Assembly: GCA_977018835.1 (NCBI GenBank)
Contig: OZ361256.1
Coordinates: 868,001-932,000 of the forward strand
DNA: 64,000 bases
Direction: 5' to 3'
DNA from: Minutocellus sp. GHC0000111
Lineage: Eukaryota
A model generated the notes under the pieces. That model searched no databases and was not told the origin of the DNA. It worked only from the letters and a program-made list of their open reading frames with translations. The position numbers and the translations under genes were made by a program. This document shows, piece after piece, positions 10,663-21,875 of the stretch. The first letter of the stretch is position 1. The number at the start of each line of letters is the position of its first letter.

Positions 10663-11083
10663 TCGATGCGATGCGATATGTGCCAACTTTGCTGATTTAT
10701 TTATTTGGTCTAAGTTTCGTGTTCGTTTTTCAACCGATCGAAAAGAAATTCTCTCCAATATATAGAGCAAAGTTTGCAGCCACAAGATGATAGCCTTCTT
10801 CCTTCCTTACTGGAGTTAGGCAGATGTTGTGGCATGTCATGGCGGCATGGCCTCCAGCTGTCGTCGGGCGTCTTCGTTCGTCACCGCCCGTCAACTGGTC
10901 CCGGTCAGCTTGGGTGATGGTTCTGTTGATCCCGATTTGATAGAGCCTCTCTCGCTCGAAAAGAGCCTGCTTGATTACGTCTGTAGTCAAAGTAGTCGAG
11001 AATGGGGCCGCCACCCTGCCATATAAAATACCGCCCGAGCAAACGATAAACAGCATAGGCTGCAAGCATACTATACATTGAAA

Positions 11084-12676
11084 ATGGCGTCCGCCGAAGA
11101 TGATGTGCCCATGGTTGAGGATGTGGAGGAGGACGACTATTCTGGAGAAGAGGACATGATGGTCGACGAGGATAGCGACGATGACGAAGGCGACAAGGAC
11201 CAAACAAGCCAACCAAAGAAAGTTCCCGTCTCTGCCATTACGGGATTCTTGGGATCGGGAAAATCGACAGTGAGTGTAAAGCGATGCTAGATGCACATTT
11301 TTGCATGCGTGTTATGCATTATACTTGTTTCTAACGACTTGCATGGCTTATGTTTTTGTCACACAATGTATCATCATTTGTTGCATTCTTATCAAATGCA
11401 TTTGACTACGTACGCCTTGCTCTTTCCACAGCTCCTGAATCACATTCTCACGGACAAGATGCATGGTCAAAAATTTGCAGTGATTGAAAATGAAGTTGGT
11501 GCCGTCGCGATTGACAATCAAATCATCAAGAAGAATCTCGATGAGGAGATCATCGAGGTGACAAATGGCTGCATCTGTTGCAGCATCCGTGGCGATTTGG
11601 TTCGCGCGCTGGACAACCTCTACGCCAAGGTCGACCTGCATGGCATCGACGGTATTCTTTTGGAGACGACCGGCCTTGCCGATCCGGCACCCATAATCCA
11701 AACCTTTTTTCAGAACGAAGACATTCAGAAGAAGTTCCGTCTCGATGGCGTAGTGACCGTCATTGATGCCAAGCATATCCTCGAGCGTCTGGCCGAGACC
11801 AAATCGGATGGCGCGGTGAACGAGGCCGCAGAGCAGATTGCCTTTGCCGACAAGATCCTTCTCAACAAGACGGACCTTGTGACGGACCCATCCGTCCTTG
11901 TCAAGATCGAAGAGGAGATCCAATCCATCAATACCACCGCCCCCATCCTCCGGACGGTCCAGAGCAAGGTGGACGATCCTCGAAAGGAGCTTCTCAATAT
12001 CGGCGGTTTCGACCTGGACCGGGCCTTGCAAATGGATGCCAACTTCCTCACCGTGGAACGCCGCCATCGCAAGGACCAGGCGGTCGGGTCCATTGCCATG
12101 GAGATCGAGGGGTCGTTGAACATCAACCAGCTCCAGCGCTGGCTTGGCAAGCTGGTCGGTGGTGCCGACGGTGCAGACGATGCAGACGATGGTGATGATC
12201 ATGGTCATGATCATAGCAAACATGATCATGATTCCGATAAGGAGAATGTCCTCTACCGGTACAAGGGCATCCTATCCGTCCAGGGCGTCGACAAGAAGTT
12301 CATCTTCCAGGGCGTCGACAAGAAGTTCATCTTCCAGGGCGTCGGCATGAGCTTCCAAGGGAACTTTTCGGATGAACTATGGGGTCCTGACGAGGTCAAG
12401 AAAAGCCAGTTCGTGTTCATCGGTAGGAATCTGGACAAGACTTACTTGGACGAAGGATTCCGCGACTGCCTCGCCAAGCCCCTGAGGTTTCCCGTCGGCA
12501 CCTTTGTCGAATGCTTCACCGGTGAGCCCCCCACGGGTTGGAAGGAAGGCACCGTCATCCAGCACTGGGACGACGGCAACCCGTACCGCATCGAGCTGTA
12601 CGACAGCAGCAAGAGGAATATCTGGGCCCCGGTGGACATTGACGAGTGTATCCGCATGTCGTGCAGTGCTGTCTAG
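11084..12676 (+). CDS. CobW/COG0523 family G3E GTPase (metallochaperone); intron 11270-11431
   Basis: GFLGSGKST Walker A spliced to LLNHIL, followed by VIENE, GCICC, ETTGLADP, NKTD, a His-rich insert HGHDHSKHDHD and the CobW_C motif LYRYKG...FQGV...FVFIGRNLD. Confidence 0.95.
12280..12344 (+). repeat. 27-bp in-frame tandem duplication (QGVDKKFIF x2)
   Basis: ccagggcgtcgacaagaagttcatctt occurs twice exactly, followed by a partial third copy ccagggcgtcg. Confidence 0.95.
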
Positions 12677-13406
12677 GAACTTAATTTTTCTACTATCGAT
12701 TGCTACTATGTTGCAATATATACTGTACATGTACATGTAGCCCATGTGTAGGGTGGAAGAACAATCCAAGTTAAGTTCTGCACCGTGGAAGCTTTCCTTC
12801 TCCACGCCGGCGAATTGATTCATTTCCATTTTAATCCATCCCACCTGATCCAATTCATTAAAAAGTTTTGAAGCGCCAAGGAGTTTTGGCTGGAAGGAAC
12901 GGCTCGGTCCGGACATTAGATCTACATGTAGCGCCTTTGTGGAGGATGAGAAGAAAAAGACAGAAGAAGAATGGTCTACATACTCTCATTCTCCGTGTTT
13001 CCTACCGGTACATGCATCTACGCGTAGATCTAAAAAAGCAGCTAGATCTATCTAAATGCATTGATTGTTCCTGTCTTGAAGAGCGAGATGATGTTGGTTC
13101 TACATGTAGTGGCGTATGTGGTCCCGTCTGCTGGTCCCGATGTTGGATATCTCCGGGTGTTTAGCTGGATCGGCCAAGCCAAGATGACGACCGACCACAT
13201 AAAAAAATCAAACGACGGCGGCCGACCGACGCCGATACTAGCTAGAGTACGATACCGGCCGGCACGTCTTGGCCGGACCTCCAACTAAAGTGCCGCCGCC
13301 AGTCTCGCCTCGCATTCTTCTCTGCCTTGACGCCCAAGAGTACTGAATTTCGGTCAGGCAGGTATCGTCATTACCAGAGCTGGAGAGGCAGAGCAGACCA
13401 GACCCC

Positions 13407-16400
13407 ATGACGGACCATCTGGCGGAGGTCCTGGACCTCTCTCCCGGTCGTGCCACCTCGGCCCTCCCTCCCGCCAACTTGGGGATCAAATCCACCCGGC
13501 CCACCAGGGATGGCAGAGTGTTAATTTGTGCCCCTTCCGGTGCCGGCGGTGCAGGTGGTGCAAGTGGTGGTGGCGGCGCAGGTGCGAGTGCAGGAGGCGG
13601 AGGTGGGCTGGCGTACCGGGCCGTCTATGCCGGCAGCGGCGATACCAGCAGCGGCGGGGAGTGGCGCCTCGAGGCCCTCCGCACTTCCGTGCTGCCCAGG
13701 CATCCCAAGCCGGCTGCCGAATCTGCCGCTGATGACGACAACGACGAAGAAGAAGACGAGGAGGAGGAGGAATTTGAACCCACCTCGGCCACCCTTGCCG
13801 TCGTCGGCTCCACGACCATTGCCACCACCCGGGACGAGCCGACGTCCCGCCCCGCCCACGTAGTCAACCTGACCTGCTCCCCCGACGGACGGATGGTGGC
13901 CCTGGCATTGTCCTCCGGAACATTGATTTGCTACGATGCCATTGCTGCTGGCGCAGATGGGGGTGGCAATTCCATATCGCTAAGCGTGCGCTGGACCCAG
14001 ACCAACGCGTGCGGCCGCACCCCCTGCTGTGTCGTCCCCTCCTTGGCCCATGTCAGATATCAGTCCGCCAGCGTGAGTATGGGGCCCGTCCACACCCTCA
14101 GCTTTGCCAAAGAGGGATATCAGCTGTGCTTGGTGGACGGAGGCACAGGTCGATTAAGTGTTTACGATTGCGCCGCCGTGGCGGGTGGTGCGGGTGGTGG
14201 TGCGGTGGTGGGGACGCTCGGAAACAGTGACGACGTTTCGTCCATCGGCAGGGTGGTGAGCGCCGCCTGGTCTCCCTACGAGACTACTGCACATCATTTG
14301 GCTGTTGGATATGCCGGTGGGGACGTGGCCGTGTATTCTCTTCCTTCCGCTACTGCGGGCGGTGCTGCGGGTGGTAATAATGGCAACGAATTGACCAAGG
14401 TGGCCGAGCTGGGCAACCTGTCGGCTTTGGCGGGCGATGACGACGACGAGGAGGAGGAGGCCAAGGCCATTGATTGGACGGCCACCCACTTGGATTGGTT
14501 GCCCACTACCGATGGAAACGCTGTAGATACTGCCGGTGGAGGAGGAACGCTGGCGGTCGGATACTGCGAAGTGGTGCCCGACCCGTACGCCGACGATGGC
14601 GCTGACGACGACGCTGGCGACGACGACGAAGACGAAGATTGCGACGCCGATCATCGGTCCAAGCTGGTCCTGGTCGGACTCCAGACCGTCGGCGGCAGTG
14701 CCGGTGGCAGTGGTTCCAGCACTACTAGCATCAGCTACCAGACCGACGACATGGCCGACCTCGAGGAGGTGGTGCCGTACTTTTCCGTCCCCAAGTACGG
14801 TAGACACGTGTACTACACGTCGTTCGTTCGGCCCACCGCCACGGGCAGTGCTGATAACAACGACAACGACGATACCACCCAACTGCTGTTGGTGGGGAGC
14901 AACGTCAGTTCCGACATTGGGGTTGTCGGTCGGGTCCGGGAGAATGGCGTCGGGTGGGGAGAGTGGACCGTCCTGGATCTGCAGGAGGGGTCGGCCTTGA
15001 CCTGTCCCGTCGGTGGGGACGATGGCGACGAGTTTGCCTTTCCGTGTGGGCTGGTGTCGGTATCGGCGTCGCCTGCTGCTGCCGGTGCTGCTGGTGGTGG
15101 CAGTGGGAGTGGAGATGATGGCAGAATCACGGTGTTGATTTCGGCCACCGATGGATCCATCACTCCGCACGTGCTGGAGAGGAGGGACGATCGCGATGGG
15201 TCCTTTGGAAGAGTACCGGCCTCGGCGTTGGCGTCGTCTCTCCAGCCGGTACCGGTCGAAGCGGCCGCCGCTCCAGCGCCTGTTGCCGCACCCACACCAG
15301 CCCCGGCACCGGCGCCATCGTCCTTCCCTCCCATGTCGGCTGCCGCTCCGAAGAATCCATTCTCTGCGTCCAAGCCAGCTGCCGCTGCTGCCAGTGCTCC
15401 AGCTCCGGCACCAGCGCCCGCGTCCATCTTTGGCGGTGGGTCGGCTGCGCCGGCGTTTGGTTCCGGGAGTACTCCGGCGTTCGGTTCCGGATCGGCGCCA
15501 GCTTTCGGGTCTGGTAGCACCCCGGCGTTCGGCTCTGGCAGTGCCCCCGCATTCGGATCTGGGTCGGCACCAGCGTTCGGATCGGGTTCTGCCCCGGCGT
15601 TTGGTTCTTCCTTTGGTTCTAATGCAGCTCAAGGCTCCGCCGGCGGTGGGTTCGCGGCTCTGGCGTCGTCCCCGGCCAAGCCCACGGCCTTCGGTGGATT
15701 TGGTGGTGCCGCGGCGTCCTCTGGATCGTCCGGATTCTCGTTCGGTTCGTCGTCCGCTCGCACTGATCCGTCCATGGTGAAGCCGCTATTCGGCGGCGCT
15801 GCAGCGGCTCCCAGAGATACTTCTACTGCCGATGCGGCCGATGATGAATCTGATAACGAGAGTGCCGGTCAAGGCTCTGCCACTTCTGGTGACGACGAGG
15901 AGGAAGAAAAGGCTCCTGCCGCAGCATCTGCAGCTGCTGCCCAACAAGAGACTCCAGCCGCTGAAGAAGACGACGAGGTGTACCCGGACGATCTCATCGG
16001 TACCGCCGAGACTGCAAGAAGCGCCTACGATGAGATTTCAGAGGGTGCAGCCTCGCTCCCCAGCGGCAAATTCGACGATTTGCTTGACGTAGTCGGCGAG
16101 GGCTTTTATGGCGACGAAAAGGACGAGCAGCTCGCCATTATCGATCCCAGCAGCACCGGCACCATTACCAAGAAAGCCTTCGTGTCGTGGTACGTCAACT
16201 TCGTTTCCGCTGCAGATGCCGACGGCGATGATTCCGCCTCGTTGGACACCGCCGACCGTGAAGAGCGCGAGGAGGAGAGGCAGAACGCGGACCAGGCTTT
16301 CACTGATACCGTCGGCGAGGGCGTCGATGTTATTGATTCGGCAGCCTTTGGAGATCTGATCGAGTCGATGGGCACCACATACTGTGAGGAAGAGCATCGT

Positions 16401-19400
16401 CGCACCATCAAGAAGATTAGCGGCGCGGACGGCAAGATCACCCGCGAGGCATTCATTGCATGGTACCTCGATTGGCTGTTTGGTGGTGATGAGTCCGATA
16501 TCGAGACGGACGAGGAGGATGAAGCCGGCGAGGAAGAAGAGACCCCGGCCGCATCGAGTGGAGAAGGGTGGGGCAATGCGTTCGGCGTCGAGGAAGGTTC
16601 CTGGAAGTGCGATGCGTGCATGGTACGTAACAAGGCCGCCGATACCAAGTGTGCTGCCTGTGAGACCGTCCGCCCTGGATACGAAGACAAGCAAGAGGAG
16701 AGTGGTGATGGCGCTGCCGCGAGTGGGTCTGCCATTGGCGCCGGTGGTTTCAGCTTTGGCGGTGCCGCTGCTGCTGCGGCACCCGCTGCTTCCATCGGAT
16801 CTGGAGGATTCAGCTTTGGCGGAGCAACTACGCCGGCTCCAGCACCTGCCGTATCTTCCGGTGGGGGCTTCAGTTTTGGTGCCAAGCCATCCTCTGCTGC
16901 ACCAGCATCTACTACTGGAGGATTCAGCTTCGGCGCCCCGCCTGCAAACAAAGAAGCGGATTCTACTTCCGAAAAGAAGACCGGAAGTGGATTCAGCTTT
17001 GCGCCGTCGACGTTGTCCAGCGGAAGCGATGCCGCACCAGCCACCGGTGGCTTTCAATTTGGTTCCAAGGTACCGGACAAGGTAGAGAAAAAAGATGAGA
17101 AGACGGCACCATCCTCGAGTGCAAGCTTTCCCCCCCTCGCAACCAAGGCACCAACCCCTTTCTCCGCTACCACGAAGGCTCCTGCGCCAGCTGCAGCAGC
17201 CACCAAGCCTGTCGCCTCAAGCAGTAGCGCATTCCCACCGATGAGTACCGCAGCACCCAAGAATCCGTTCTCTACATCTGCTGCGGCCCCTGCCCCCGCC
17301 GCCAAGCCTGCAGCAAGTGCTACTTTCCCGCCTCTATCGACCAAGGCACCAAAGCCATTTGGAGGTGGCGCTGGCACAGCAGCGGCCAAGGCGAGCGACA
17401 CCAAGCCCGTTGCTAGCGCTAGCAGCACATTCCCACCGATGGCATCCAAGGCGCCCACGCCCTTCTCTGCTTCTTCTCAGGACCCAGCAGCGGCTGCTAA
17501 GAAGCCCGCCGCAGCTGGATTCCCACCAATGAGTGCAGCTGCCCCGAAGAACCCATTTGCCGGGACTCCTGCTCCCGCACCTGCAGCCAAGCCTGCTGCA
17601 AGTAGTGCGTTCCCGCCGATGAGCGCAGTTGCACCAAAGAGCCCATTCTCCGCTCCTGCTCCAGCCCCTGCCCCCGCTGCCAAGCCCACTGCCGGTACTG
17701 CTAGCAGCGCTTTCCCACCAATGAGCAAGGCGGCGCCTATCAATCCATTTGGCGCTCCCAAGCCGCGCGGCGCTGGCAACCGCAACTACAAGTACCTCCG
17801 GTTCAGGATTCGCCTTTGGAAGTAGTGCAGCTTCAAAGCCAGCGCCTGCTCCTGCTCCTGGTGGTAGCGGTGGAGGCTTTTCGTTTGGGTCTGCTCCAGC
17901 GCCTGCTCCTGCAAACGCCGTGGCCACAACAAAGGCAGCTGCTAAGCCAATCCCCCCGTCTACTACCGCCGCGCCCGCACAAACACCAAAGGCCAAGGCA
18001 GCTGATTCTTCGTCGTCCAGTACTGTTCTTGCTGTGCCAAAGTATGAGGCCGCGACGGAATACGAAGCAGAGCTGTGGCGAGGTGTGATGGAGTTCGACA
18101 AGTCTTTGTCCTCCATCAACGAACTAGCCCAAAGCCTCTTTGATACGAAACTGAGCAAGGATAATGCCGACCTCGAGAAGAAGATTGAACGCATGATTGA
18201 CACTTGCGATCAGGCCAGATCCATGGCAATGGCCGTCGATACCAAGGTGGCTACCCAGAGCGACAGAGCTATCTTCCTTCTGAGTCGCAAGGACGACCTT
18301 CAGCGTCAAGTCAGTGAAGCAGATCGTCTTGTCAACGAGCAGCTGAGAGCGCAAGAAGGTGGAAGTTTGCTTCGAGACCAGCCGCTTGACCCCGAGACGG
18401 AGAAGACTCGCAGGCATTTGGCATCATCCGCCTTAGAGACGCAGCATTCCATCGCCAACGTCAAGGACCGGCTATGTCTGCTACGGGACATTCTTCAAGC
18501 AAGGGAAACAAAGCCAACTCGATCGGCTTTCTCCTTTGGCTCGCCGAGGAATGCTCCGGATCAAAAGCTCAAGGCTCAGAGATCTCTCAAGCAGGGTGTA
18601 TTGAGGGGATATGAGCGTGCTCAGCAGCTTTCAAAGACTGCCGAGGACTTGCAGAAACGAGTCCAGGAAGCCGCTGATGCTATTCCGGGGACTTCTGGAG
18701 CGTCAGCACCTACCTTGGTGCGAAAGAGTCGATCTCGTATTGCTCCGCTGCCGGTCAATTTTGCTTCGCCTACTGCCGTGGCAAAGCGACAGGCACAGAA
18801 GAAGGCCGCAGCGGCCACCAAGGAGAGCGAGGATATTGGAAAGAACAGGCTGCTGTGGAGAACGCCATTCGAAACCTCTCGCAAAGCCAGCATTCCGTAT
18901 CGGTCAAGAAATTTTCGCGTCGGGGCGTCATCGGCAGCGATGCCACCCGGCTGAGAGATGCCAGTGCAAGTGATTGGAGATCCAAGGGCGCTACGAGCCA
19001 GCTCATGAACTCTACTACAGCAACTCCTCTCCCCAAGATGGGTGCTCTTGTATCGGTGGCTGCTGCAACTCCCTCTGCATCGACCCCTTCTAGGTCACTC
19101 TTCACTCCTCCACCCGCCAGCAGTACCGGAAAAGGTCGGTCTGCAGATTGGAACGCAAAGACCGATGTCGATCTACCCAAGTTCAATAGCTTGCAGGCCC
19201 GTCTGCAGATGCCATCGACCGTCAAGACCATCACGTCCGAAGATGCTGCTCGCAAAGCACTCCAGCCGTTCGGTCCCGATCCTGAAAAGACCGCCAAAGC
19301 TCAGATGGTCAAGGCTCGAGAGGGCCGTGAGGCAGCCGCAGCGCCTACTCCTGCGCTGAGCGAGGCGAAGATTCCTTCTACAATCAAGAAGAAGCCAAGT

Positions 19401-21553
19401 ACTGCGGCTACCGCCGGTGGATTTCCCCCCATGTCCTCGGCAGCGCCGACACCATTCTCGCTCAAGTCTGGCGATGGAGGTGACAAGAAGAAGGCTGATG
19501 CATTCCCTCCGATGAGTCTCAAGGGCCCCTCTCCCTCACCGTTTGGTGCGCACGCAGCAGCGAAGAAGGATGACGACGCGCCGTCGGGCCTCACCCCGAA
19601 GGCAGCCAGCGGTAGCGCTACCAAGAAGGATTCTGCAAGCCTTACCAGCGGCAATCTATTTGGTCTGACTCGACCAGACAGTGCCAAGAAGGAAGCCGAA
19701 GCGAAACCATTTGGCGGCGGTGGAGGCAGCGGCCTTTCTGGATTCGGTGGCGCCCTCGGAGGTGCTCTTGGTGGTACTGCCGATACCGCTAGTACTCCCT
19801 CCAAACCAGCTGCTACTGATGCTCCTGACTACTCGGCGCTGCTCACAGACTTCTTCAACCAAGCACAATCCGTCCAAGGTTGGCAACGTCGACAAAGTCC
19901 TCACCAAGTACAAGGGCCAGGAAGAGAAGCTATTCCGTACCTTGGCGCACAAGTACGGCGTCGCCAATCCCTTGAAGAGCGATGCTTCGAGCACGTCGGC
20001 GGCGACTCCTTCATCTACCACTGCTGGTGGACTTGCCTCTCCGCCCCTGTCACTCTCCTCGATATCAACTCCGGCGAGTAGCAAGCCAACAATTTCAGCT
20101 TCTCCCTTCGGCGCTCCTGCTGCAACTCCGCCTCCTCCTCTTGCCGCTGCTAACGGGCCTGTACCAGCACCGGCACCTGCAGCAGCTGGATCTGGACCGT
20201 CCGACTACCGCACAATTCTCACTAATTTCTCCCAGCAGCACAAACCGTCTCAAGTTGACCAGGTCGATAAGCTGCTGGCCAAGTACAACGGCCGTGAACC
20301 TGACATGTTCGCCAAGCTTGCAACGAAGTGTAAGTTGCGTTGGGTTGGATGAAGTTGAGCTAGTATCGTTATTTATTGTGCCTTTCTCGCCTCGTCATAT
20401 CTAACACCGACCCGCTGTTTCCTTCTCCACAACCAATCTTCCTTCTCCAGACAATGTTCCCAACCCATTGCCCGCGGATATGCAAGGATGCGCCAAGCCT
20501 CCGACAGCTCCAACGGGGGCAAGCAGCGGCTCATCTCTATTTGGAGGGAGCTCCACCTCTTCAGTACCAGCATTTGGGGCGACTCCGGCCAATGCACCTG
20601 CCCCGTCTCCCTTTGGGGGTGGTGCTGCTGCCCCATCGCCTTCGCCTTTTGGCGGAGCAGCCCCGGCTCCTGCACCCTCTCCCTTTGGTGGTGGGGGGCA
20701 GACCACCCAAGCATTCGGATCTTCATCAACCAGCAACAACGCCTTTGGTAGCAGTGCGCCTAGCCCATCGCCGTTCGGAGCAACAGCATCCAACGCACCG
20801 GCACCTTCGCCTTTCGGAGGGCCGTCGAGCAGCGCACCGGCACCTGCGTTTGGTAGTGGCACCTCTGGAGGGTTTGGATCAAGTGCCGCCAGTACCCCCT
20901 TCGGCAAGGCTCCGGCGCCGGCGACACAACAATCGCCCTTTGGACCACCTGCGGTTGCCGCGCCGAGTCCATTTGGTGCACCAGCAACGCCAGCTGGCGG
21001 TGACGGTACCAAGTTATACAACGGCAAGACCGCCCGCGACATGCTCACGTCCTTTTACCAGCAAAAGGATCCGTCGAAGCTGGCCTCGATTGATAAGTTC
21101 TTGACGAAATATGCGGGTCAAGAGGACCAGCTCTTCCGCAATCTGGCCAAGAAGTACAATATCGATCCTTCCATGTTCGATGTCAGCGCTGCAGCCCCAG
21201 CCCCGGCGGCCGGCGGATTCGGTGCCGCGACGAGCCCAGGTGGCTTTGGTCAGCAGAGTACCCTCGGTGGAGGTTCGCTCTTTGGCAGTCCTCCTGCCGC
21301 CCCAGCGGCAGCTCCGGCGGCCGGTGGGTTTGGCCAGGCCTCCGCGATGGGCGGCGGAGCGCCAGCCTTTGGTTCGAGCGCTGGCGGTGGTGGATTTGTG
21401 TCGCTCGCTCAATCTGGTGGCGGTGGAGGGTTCGGTGCTGCCGCGGCACCGGCAGCGGGAGGTTTTGGGGGATTGGGAGGTGGTGGAGGCTTCGGATCTC
21501 CTGCACCAGCACCGGGAGGCTTCGGTAGTCCATTTGGGGCAGCTAGGCGCTAA
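13407..21553 (+). CDS. Very large Nup214/Nup159-like FG nucleoporin; three apparent 1-bp frameshifts (~17766, ~18842, ~19858) and intron 20330-20450
   Basis: WD/propeller-like N-terminus, PAFGSGS and GGFSFG repeats, RanBP2 zinc finger [20 protein letters not shown], central coiled coil and C-terminal FG/SPFG repeats. The overlapping ORFs join with single-base corrections. Confidence 0.8.
15447..15610 (+). repeat. Seven tandem 8-aa (24-bp) FG repeats [A/T]PAFGSGS
   Basis: Seen directly in the translation; codons differ between units. Confidence 0.9.
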
Positions 21554-21875
21554 GTATAGCAATGATAATGAATTAATTAGGAAATGCATGTTTCAGTTGC
21601 AATGTCTCTCCAACATGTAGACTTCATACATGTTTGTATAAAGGAAAATCTACTTCGTAGTACTTCAACGTTAATCAAATTGTCATCTTGAGGGCAAGAT
21701 CACTCATGTACCGGTACCGTGACATGTAGGAATTCCTATATTCTGTTGGCTGGATTGAAACTTGATTAACATTTGAGTAGGATGCAGAGACTTGAAGAAT
21801 TTTCTCAGATCTCGATAGCAACGCGCTCTCATATCCTCGCCTACTGTGAAATCTGAATTGAAGCATCAGAGAGTA

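Noticed and set aside
15447..15610. Regular 24-bp periodicity suggesting a CRISPR-like array
   Set aside because: Coding FG repeats with synonymous variation and no spacers, in a eukaryotic gene.
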